From a virus: 64,000 nt of DNA. The DNA lies in the IMG/VR virus record IMGVR_UViG_3300030060_003575, positions 1 through 64,000 of that record; one strand, given 5' to 3'. Both the position numbers and the translations under genes were made by a program. The number at the start of each line of letters is the position of its first letter. Position 1 is the first letter of the stretch. This document shows, one piece after another, positions 50,856-59,122 of this stretch. The notes beneath the pieces were generated by a model, which made no database searches, was not told where the DNA came from, and was given only the letters and a program-made list of their open reading frames with translations.

Positions 50856-51437
50856 TTATTCACGCATATTAACTAGCAAAAGAACCAAGTATCCTATTAG
50901 GTCTTTTACTACGTCTTCATCAGATTCTAATGATGCATTACCTTGCATCAACCTGTTCAATTTATCATCTATGCGAACTTTCAACTGTTCTGTCTTATCA
51001 GCCCTAGAAAATATTCTTATTGGCTGTAAAGCGGAATCACCATATTGGTCATTCTTATCAAGGAGAAACTGTGTTATTTCTCCCATTGTCTTTGAAATCT
51101 TAAAACTGGATTCGTCTTGGCCCTTCACAGGCTTGGCCTGCTCTTTCGCCTTATTATACTTACCCGCTATCAGATTAGGTTGCATATGTGTTCCCCATTG
51201 AGAGGAACCCATTATCTTTTTAAGATAAGGTTCATTTATTATCTTCTCTTTAGATTGACTCTTTGGTTTTCTACCACCATTTCTTTTACTGATTGTTCCT
51301 TGAGCCTGTAGTCTGTAAATGCGTTGTCTTACAGAACCGACTGTTCTATTCATTTTCTTGGCTATTGCTATCGCAGTTAGCCCTTGCTTCCACAGTTTCA
51401 TTAACTGTGTTTCTTCTTTCTTTGTCCATTTCGTCAT
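50856..51437 (-). CDS. N-terminal HTH fused to DUF1599-like (nucleotide-modification-associated) domain
   Basis: WTKKEE...IAKKMNRTVGSV HTH; KNDQYGDS...RIDDKLNR...DLIGY. Confidence 0.7.
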   Translation of the reverse strand: MTKWTKKEETQLMKLWKQGLTAIAIAKKMNRTVGSVRQRIYRLQAQGTISKRNGGRKPKSQSKEKIINEPYLKKIMGSSQWGTHMQPNLIAGKYNKAKEQAKPVKGQDESSFKISKTMGEITQFLLDKNDQYGDSALQPIRIFSRADKTEQLKVRIDDKLNRLMQGNASLESDEDVVKDLIGYLVLLLVNMRE

Positions 51438-51602
51438 AAAATCACCGATGTTAATTATCTCAGTTTCTTGCAGAGTGTTGTTTCCACAACATTTCTACAA
51501 GTCTGGAAACGACATAATGATGCGGTTAGCATCACTAACTCAGCCATATTGCCCCCATTCGTTTTCGTTTCCATTTTTCCATCATTTACACCCCCTGCTC
51601 AA

Positions 51603-51630
51603 AAGGAAGGAAGGAAGGAAGGAAGGAAGG
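51603..51630 (+). repeat. (AAGG)7 microsatellite within a polypurine tract
   Basis: Read directly from the sequence. Confidence 0.95.
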
Positions 51631-52166
51631 ATAGAGAGAGAGGGGTGGAAAAGTATGTAATAATGTAAATATATTATAATGTATTAGATATATTATCTAA
51701 CTCTTCCATTCTATCTCACTTTCATTTCCAACTCCAATTGGAAACGTGGAAACGTTTGACCCCCTTATCATATCATATAGGATATGTCATATGCATAAGT
51801 GTATAGTATATACATATATTATACATAGAGAGTCTTCCCGGTACATATCGAATCAATGGCGCGATTTAACATCATAACATTTTACGCCATAAATTCTGAT
51901 TAGTATATACTGGCCTTTGGTGGAATACGTGCTTGTAAGGCCATTGATTGTAATTGCCACCAACAATTCTATAGATGGCAGGGGATATATAAGTCGGCGG
52001 CACCCCTCGATGCCCCTCGTCTATAAATATCCTATTTGTCGAACCATATGGTATCAACAACTTTGTCCAGTTGAAACCTGATTTTGAGGAGTCCGACAGG
52101 AAAGGGCGACTTTATCCCTTTCCTGCCAGACAAGAATTGCTGCTAACTAGGCGTGAAAGAAGGGTT

Positions 52167-52676
52167 TTATTCCTCTTCCTCCACAAAGTCGTATTCTGCA
52201 CAAGCGGCAAGTCCATCTAGTGAACCATCCCATGAGCCGTCCTTGTAAAGTTCCCTTGCCGTCTGCTTTGCTTTCTTAGCGAGGGTGTTTGCGTAATCAT
52301 TAGCATCTGTGAACACAGGTGGCCCTGCGCTCTTTCCGTGCTTTCTGAGCAATGGCTGAGAATACTGCGCTGTGCTCTCAAAGAACGTATATGCAGCCTC
52401 TCGGATTGCTTCAGCAGCAGAATCAACCACTACTGATGCAGCAGCAGGTAGTAATCCTTGATTACCTCTGCGCCATACAACCTTTCCTGAAGGGAAGTCC
52501 TTCAGCATTGCTTTAATGGATAGAGCCAAAGCAGCCCTATTATCCACATTGTTGTCACCAGTCTCTATTAGCATAGTTGCTAGAGACCTTACATCATCGG
52601 GGATTGTTCCATCAACGTCACCCTCGATGCATGAGTTTACCTTCATCTTTACCGATTCCCAATTTACTTCATCCAT
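52167..52676 (-). CDS. cassette A protein, paralogue of 54406-54939
   Basis: 169 aa from MDEVNW; shares HGKSxG, YA...KK and WDGS with the cassette B protein. Confidence 0.75.
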   Translation of the reverse strand: MDEVNWESVKMKVNSCIEGDVDGTIPDDVRSLATMLIETGDNNVDNRAALALSIKAMLKDFPSGKVVWRRGNQGLLPAAASVVVDSAAEAIREAAYTFFESTAQYSQPLLRKHGKSAGPPVFTDANDYANTLAKKAKQTARELYKDGSWDGSLDGLAACAEYDFVEEEE

Positions 52677-52738
52677 AATATTCACTTTCCTATTTTTTCT
52701 TTCTTTGCCCGTTAGCGGCATAGTTGTCAATTCTCTGG

Positions 52739-52748
52739 GATATATAAG
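52739..52748 (-). promoter_or_regulatory. archaeal TATA box, cassette A
   Basis: CTTATATATC on the minus strand abutting the cassette-end hairpin. Confidence 0.6.
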
Positions 52749-54405
52749 AGGTTTCAAACAAAGCGAAACCATATGGTAATGAGAGTTTTTTCAGGATACA
52801 AAGAAACATGCATAGAAAAACGCGCGAATTTTCCTTAGTCTAAATTCTTAGTGTGTTTTCTGCACCTCAGTTTCCACTGGTTTTGTTATTTAACATCACT
52901 TCTTTTACGCCCATTACATGACCATATGGATAGTTAGTACGTAGTTACGAGAGGGTCTATGAGAGTCGAGGACTCGTTTAGACTGCTATAAAGTCGAATA
53001 GACGTAAACTGCGTTAAGCAGTAGTAGACGGTAGCATAGGGTGAAGTAAAAGAAGGATTGCGGGTGACTGGTCTACGTACTCAGTTTCCCGATACATGAG
53101 GATATTTTACATGCTTACGCATAATTAACACCATATGATAGCAGTGTAACGTTAGTTAAACGTAATGAATAATGGTGTTTAATGAAACACCAATGAAATG
53201 TAGTAACGATACGTGTAACGAGGTATCTGATTGCTTCTACGAAGACGCTACGCTACAATCATATGGTGTTGATAAAACATAGGTGGCACTGAAAAGGTAC
53301 CGCTTGTTTACAATATCCTTATGATTTGCTCCGCTTTTTACTATAGCCTATGCTACGTGCTTAATGCACTGTCGCAAAAAGAGTTCCCAAATCATATGGT
53401 TGGTTAAGGTTTCCTCTGGTTACCAGTGTGAGGTGCGGAACTAAGGTGCATTACGCACCAACGAAGGTGGTTTGTTCCGGCACGAACATGGTAAGCGGAG
53501 GTGCCAATTATACAACCTCAATGGGATTGGTCTATTCATCTCATTTAACCAACCATATGGTTATAATTCCTCTGGTATACGATTAAAGATGATTAGACAC
53601 ATTAAGTGTCCATCAGGATACCAGAGGAATATATACCCTAATAAAAAAAATAGGGTCTTGCGTCATAAGGCCTATATCCCTTAGCCTGTAACTTGACAGC
53701 ACACCTCGTCCGGTACTACTGTGCGAGAGAAAATATGAATTCTTCATAATCCCTACATAAATGTAAACGGACGCTAAATGCGTCTTATCGTTTTATATAC
53801 ATTTATTCTCGCCCGTTGTACCACGACGATTGTGCTGCAATTTACAGCCTAACGCCTATAAAACCTTATCTCATACCATATGGTCGTAGACCTTAAGGGA
53901 ACGTTAAAGGAATCTAACTCCGCGCACTTGTACGCATTGTCTCATGCACCTTTGTTGGTGCTAAATGCACCTTTTCGACAATGGCACGAAGTCCACTTCC
54001 GTTATATCCTTTAACTTCTTCGACCCATATGATACTAATGAAATGGTGTTTGTAAAAAAAGTCGCGGTAACTTGTTAGCGTGACTACTCTACGTTAGTGC
54101 GTTAAGCACTAATCTAGATGTAGTAGCATAGGGTTTTTTACAAACAAGTATCTGATAGTCCAAGTATTCCTATCATATGGGTTTAGGTTCCAAAGATATA
54201 CAAGAGGTGAAGATAAAAGAAAAATGCATTAAGCATGAGCCGTAGGCGGTTCTTTTATTATTGGCGGAAGCCATGCTTCACCTATTGTATAGCACGGAAC
54301 AACTACCCTCAATTGGGGTCATGTTCTCTAAAGTGAGAACATGTTACCATATGGTCATAACTTTGTGAAAAAGACCAGAAGAGGTTGGTGGCGACTAAAA
54401 CCAAC

Positions 54406-54939
54406 CTATTCTTCTGAACCCCCATTATCGGTGACGGCTGGATAGCCATCATCGGTGTACGACCCGTCCCAGTAGTATCTCTTATCGGTACCATTGGTAA
54501 ACGCATTGAAAGCGGCATTCAAGAATAGCCTCTCTTTCTTGGTCATATCATCTGCGTATGCAGATGCACCATCATCCATAGTGGAGTAAAGAACCCCACC
54601 GGACTTTCCGTGTGTCTTCGCAGTACCAGCCACTAGAGGGTACACGACTGTTGCCATGTTATCCCTGAAGGTTGCTAGGTACTTGTCGAAATCGGACTTA
54701 ACGGCAGTTGTCATTAGAGACTTTCTACCGCCACCAATAGGTGAATTGTCCAAATCAGCGAATACTACGCTGATGCTCGACCAGTGCCTCTTCCTGAGGT
54801 CAGGCTGTGCATCGCCTATTGCGAAGAGACCATCTACAATGACCCTTCTTCCCTCATGCTCTGGGTTCGCGTCAAACCACTCATTGACGTGTTCTTTCTT
54901 GTTGTTCCATACGCTGTCTTCCATGCTGTAATCAACCAT
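54406..54939 (-). CDS. cassette B protein, paralogue of 52167-52676
   Basis: GGAGTGA RBS; motifs shared with cassette A protein. Confidence 0.75.
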   Translation of the reverse strand: MVDYSMEDSVWNNKKEHVNEWFDANPEHEGRRVIVDGLFAIGDAQPDLRKRHWSSISVVFADLDNSPIGGGRKSLMTTAVKSDFDKYLATFRDNMATVVYPLVAGTAKTHGKSGGVLYSTMDDGASAYADDMTKKERLFLNAAFNAFTNGTDKRYYWDGSYTDDGYPAVTDNGGSEE

Positions 54940-54997
54940 ATCTATCACTCCTGTGAATTAGGTGGTTTAGTCGCCACCATAGCACTATTTTCAATGG

Positions 54998-55007
54998 TAT
55001 ATTTAAG
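54998..55007 (-). promoter_or_regulatory. archaeal TATA box, cassette B
   Basis: CTTAAATATA at the equivalent position. Confidence 0.6.
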
Positions 55008-55239
55008 GTACAGTTTAAACAAAGTAACGTACCATATGGGTGCAGGTTTAAGAATGCGTAGCATTCTCATTTAGTTGCTCGGCAACGATAAACGAGCAAC
55101 AAATGGCAAACCAAAGCCCCGTGGGAATGTTTGAGGCACGTAGTAAGATGCTGCTGGTGTCCTTAGACTTGGCTTAATGCCAACGAGTCCAGCAGCACCT
55201 GTTATCTACTTCCATATGGTCATACTTTGTTAAACAGAC

Positions 55240-55600
55240 CATAATCGCTCAACAATGATGCAACGATTTAAACTTGCGCTAACATCAATTTTACAAGTCG
55301 TTGTCTTACTCACTATTGAGATGCATCGTTTTTTGGTAACTGCCAGAAACGTGCAAAACTGGCTCAAGGATGGATGAGTGGATTCGTTTCCTTACCCTCA
55401 AGGTTACATGGGTGTTAGTTCATGCCATTAATTTTGCATGGGCTTTAACCCGTACCTACCAATAACCGACCCGCTAAGGTCATTGTAGTGCCTGTCTTTT
55501 TCTTCGACCGACTCCCTGTGCCGCTAAGCACCGATTATTGTGCCTTTCACCCTAACAACGGTGATATTCAGCCAATCCGGGTCACTCCGTCAAGTGACAT
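55240..55600 (-). ncRNA. candidate structured non-coding RNA (cassette C)
   Basis: TATA-like CTTAAGTAAA at 55618-55627; no ORF of 60 aa or more; many hairpins, including two TTAGCG-loop hairpins. Confidence 0.5.
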
Positions 55601-55819
55601 AGCAATAATATTGATGGTTTACTTAAGGTAATGTTTAACAAAGTTACATTACCATATGGGTTGGCATTAAGCCAATGTTTAGACATTCCCTCATTTATCT
55701 GGCTGCGAGTACCGCTAGGCTTACATTAACCTCTGAAGGAGGTCTAAACAACCTCTTATCTTCCGAGGTTAATTGATACTCTCATCCATATGGTATTGAA
55801 CTTTGTCAACAATACCTGA

Positions 55820-56020
55820 CTAACTGGAATCATCTCCAGTTAAGCCAAGATAATCATTCAATGCTAGATTCAAATCATCCATGACTTGACCCAAATCATC
55901 ACCTGATACACGTAGTTTACTGATTGAAAGCACCAGTGAAGAACCAGATTTCATATGCTTGACTTCAAGCACATATTTGGGTTCGTTGATTTGTTGAACG
56001 ATTGTTTTTTCTTCTGTCAT
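55820..56020 (-). CDS. cassette D small protein (66 aa)
   Basis: GGTGA RBS at 56025-56029; TATA CTTATAAAT at 56144-56152. Confidence 0.7.
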   Translation of the reverse strand: MTEEKTIVQQINEPKYVLEVKHMKSGSSLVLSISKLRVSGDDLGQVMDDLNLALNDYLGLTGDDSS

Positions 56021-57487
56021 AATATCACCAAAGGTGGAGGGGCCATTGAACCAAGTGACTACTTACAGGCATTGAATGCTCGGCGGCAATATACTGTATT
56101 ATCCAGTGTTGGTTGGCCCCTCTATATCAATAGGTATTATGTAATTTATAAGGTAATGTTTACAAAGCCCATTACCATATGGTTTAGTAAGTGACGGTCT
56201 TACTTGCCAGGGAAGGTACGTATACGCGCTTCAGGAACGTAAGTCGTTTAAACGCATTAAGCGTTAGACAAGTGAACGCGCGTAAACGTCCTGGAACTGG
56301 CAAGTAAGAGCAGGAACGCACGTTAAAACCCCGTTAAACCTGAAGGGCATAAGGAACCTCCTTTAAGGCACTCTTGCTTAACGTAACTTAGACAAGACAT
56401 ATCTTCCGTTAAACGCTTTTGCTGGTACTTAATGTACCTACCACTCCATATCTGTCTTGTCTAACTTACGTTAAGCAAGGTAAACCTTAAATCCAACTCC
56501 ATATGATACGAGGTAGGATTCATCTGGGCTTTAGGCCCAAACTAAGGTGGTATGAATCCTTTGAAGTATCTTATGAGGATAGGATAAGCAAGCGGTATAT
56601 CCACAAGGGAGAAACCTATGCAATATTCCCACCATATGTTCACATAAGTGGGCGAACTCAATGGGGATTTATGGGCAATTACCTCCATCTTCGTTCATGT
56701 CTTATATCAAGACATTGTGTGTATTATCATATGCCCATTACCATATGGTTCCAGCATCGCTGGAAGATAACTTGCAATGGAAGCATACAGCAATGAAAGA
56801 CGCATTAAGCGTCCACTTAGGTGTAGCAGGCTGTATGCATCCTAAATGCAAGTTATTCACAGCCCCATTTGAGGATATACATCCATATGGTTATTAATCA
56901 CTTTCTACAAGAATGTCCTCCAAGGGCTTGTAAAATGTCCTAGAGACGCATTAAGCGTCTAACAAAGGTGAAGGGACATTTTAAGGGGATTCGCCGTAGA
57001 AAGTTACAACGCAGTGTTAATCACCTCAGGTTGCTTAACGCTTCGCTACAACCATATGCTTTGCATTCGATTTTTTTTCTTATTAAACATTCGTTTGTTT
57101 ACCCGATTTTGGCATAAGATTTTGTTCTACCTAAGAACACTTTGATATAGAAGCATCTTAGATGCGCGTATAGAGAAGGCTCAGGTGTGCTAAACATATT
57201 TTAATTAATTAAAAATAGATTCGCGGTGCTTCAAGGATACAAAGAAACAAGTATGCTCTAAACACTGCTATTCAACCATTGATACACTGTGATTAAATAA
57301 CAAACAAAGGCTTATTCTGGAAATGCACAAGTTTTATATAGAAAAAAAACGCAAGTGCCGGATAAATTACAGGTCAAATTTTGAAAAATAAAGGTCTAAA
57401 AAATTCCGCCAAAAAAATGGGGTAAATAGAGAATGAAAAAACTACCATTAAAGAAGGTAAAATTAACAAAGTTTAGGTGGTGGGACT

Positions 57488-57895
57488 GTGAGTTGGTTTG
57501 AAGTAGTTAAAAATACGCCAGACATAAACTTTCAAGAAGAAGGAAATCAGTCTTGTTGTAATCAGGCTCAAAGAAACATTAGAAAAGAGAGACCTATAAT
57601 GTATGGTGATATGTGGCATAGTGGTTATTTTGACCAAAGGAACATGTGCTATATATTAAAAGAGTGGTTCACTAATAGATTAAATTGGGACGGTAAGGTA
57701 ATTTTTGATTCTGGTAAAAGATTAAGATTGGAACAACAGAAAAAGGGCTGGTTACAAGATTGGGAAGACTGTAATAAAATCCAAGGAGAAAAAGGCCCGT
57801 TTCCTACGTTACAGAATCGTTTGAATATTCCTGATAAATCTAGAAAAGATATAGGTATAGATGAATCTATGTTTGAGGACACGGGGTATGAGTGA
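57488..57895 (+). CDS. MSW-tagged protein with CC...C...WxxC domain
   Basis: MSWFEVVK start (GTG) with GGTGG RBS. Confidence 0.65.
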   Translation: MSWFEVVKNTPDINFQEEGNQSCCNQAQRNIRKERPIMYGDMWHSGYFDQRNMCYILKEWFTNRLNWDGKVIFDSGKRLRLEQQKKGWLQDWEDCNKIQGEKGPFPTLQNRLNIPDKSRKDIGIDESMFEDTGYE

Positions 57896-58250
57896 TTTTA
57901 TGACTATCAGAAATGAATGGAGAGACCAATTACTCAAAGAGTATGCAGAACAAGAATTTGAAGACGATGGAACGATGTTAGAAATTAACATAGATACTGG
58001 TGATGATGATGAGTGTTGTGAAATGATTAAACGAAAATATAATAATTTTGATAATCGTTATGGTACAGATTGCAATCAAATAAGACTGTACGTAGAAAAA
58101 AATGCCTATGAACTTGTTCCAGATTTTGCAACATTTACACCAAAAGACCCTGAGGCTGCGCGGAGAAGAATGGCAAAATATAAAGCAATAGTAGAAGAAT
58201 GGGATGAGTGTGAAATGAAAAAGAATAGTTGGAAGACTCAATTGGAGTGA
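57888..58250 (+). CDS. CC...C...WxxC domain protein
   Basis: ECCEMIK...DCNQIR...EEWDEC. Confidence 0.6.
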   Translation: MSDFMTIRNEWRDQLLKEYAEQEFEDDGTMLEINIDTGDDDECCEMIKRKYNNFDNRYGTDCNQIRLYVEKNAYELVPDFATFTPKDPEAARRRMAKYKAIVEEWDECEMKKNSWKTQLE

Positions 58251-58254
58251 TATT

Positions 58255-58743
58255 ATGTGTAATAATTGTGATGATTGGAAAGACATTTTAAAGAGTGATG
58301 AAGATAATGATGTATTTTTGAAGGACATTTTTGATAGAGATGACTTTGGTGATGATGATGATGGTGGTTTAGATTTCGGTTCAAGGAAAGTCCATCAAAG
58401 AAGTATGGATAATTACAGTGATAAAACAGCAGTTGGGTTGTTTGATACTCAAGAACAAGAAGACTTGTACCAATATGGTATAAAATGTTATTATTGTGAT
58501 GAACCAGCAGAATGGAAGTGTATTAACGGGTTAACAAAAGGCTGTGCATATGAAGGCCCATCTAATGATGGAGTTCAAGTATGCGGTTCAAATAGTAACT
58601 TTGCAGATGACACCCACCCAGAAGGTCATAAAACATATGCACTGAACCGCAACTCAGGACACACCTTTGTTCCTATTGAAGATTATTTCGATTTAGACCC
58701 AGAATTTGGGTATCAACATGGAAAACACAGGGGTAATAGATAA
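58255..58743 (+). CDS. acidic Cys/His-rich protein
   Basis: WKDILK tag near N-terminus; CYYC...C...C...C. Confidence 0.6.
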   Translation: MCNNCDDWKDILKSDEDNDVFLKDIFDRDDFGDDDDGGLDFGSRKVHQRSMDNYSDKTAVGLFDTQEQEDLYQYGIKCYYCDEPAEWKCINGLTKGCAYEGPSNDGVQVCGSNSNFADDTHPEGHKTYALNRNSGHTFVPIEDYFDLDPEFGYQHGKHRGNR

Positions 58744-58822
58744 TGGCTAAAAGACACCCAAATGGAGATTGCAAATTCTTTAGGGATTTTATGAAAGAAC
58801 TAATTGCAGAAGAGGAAGATGA

Positions 58823-59122
58823 ATGAGTTGGCATACTGTGTTAAAAGAGGATTGTTTTAAAAGAGCAAGACAGACCTTTGTTTTACACACAATAGAAGGA
58901 TTGCAGAGAAAAGGTTATCCATTTACTCAAAAAGATATAGATACTTTAACCAGTAAAATTAAGAAGGCTTCATCAAGCGGGTTTAAGAGAAGTTTAAGAG
59001 AATTTTCAAAAGGTAAGAATTTACCAGATGATGAAAGATTAGCAGCAATTAGAAAAGAAGCAGCAACAGAAGCAATTAATGAGTGGGACAAATGTGTAGA
59101 AAGGAGCCGTGATTTCATATGA
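58823..59122 (+). CDS. MSW-tagged hypothetical protein
   Basis: MSWHTVLK; ends NEWDKC. Confidence 0.65.
   Translation: MSWHTVLKEDCFKRARQTFVLHTIEGLQRKGYPFTQKDIDTLTSKIKKASSSGFKRSLREFSKGKNLPDDERLAAIRKEAATEAINEWDKCVERSRDFI

Larger units (their letters stand above)
52044..57059. repeat. array of CCATATGG-delimited hairpin units and cassettes
   Basis: 13 exact CCATATGG and 8 one-mismatch copies; units between them form imperfect inverted repeats. Confidence 0.9.

Noticed and set aside
20204-51668. Plus-strand ORFs across the replication module
   Set aside because: Antisense to well-supported minus-strand genes or overlapping the tRNA or microsatellite.
52066-52077. TCCAGTTGAAAC as an additional ORB element
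   Set aside because: Adequately explained as the loop and 3' arm of the cassette A end hairpin.
53472-56897. Short ORFs called inside the hairpin array (53472, 54309, 54656, 54784, 55955, 56503, 56661)
   Set aside because: They cross palindromes and hairpins or lie antisense to cassette genes, lack an RBS and have atypical composition.
52044-57059. CRISPR array interpretation of the repeated CCATATGG
   Set aside because: The repeat is only 8 bp, and the spacers are over 100 bp, uneven and self-complementary. No cas1/cas2 or effector genes are present.
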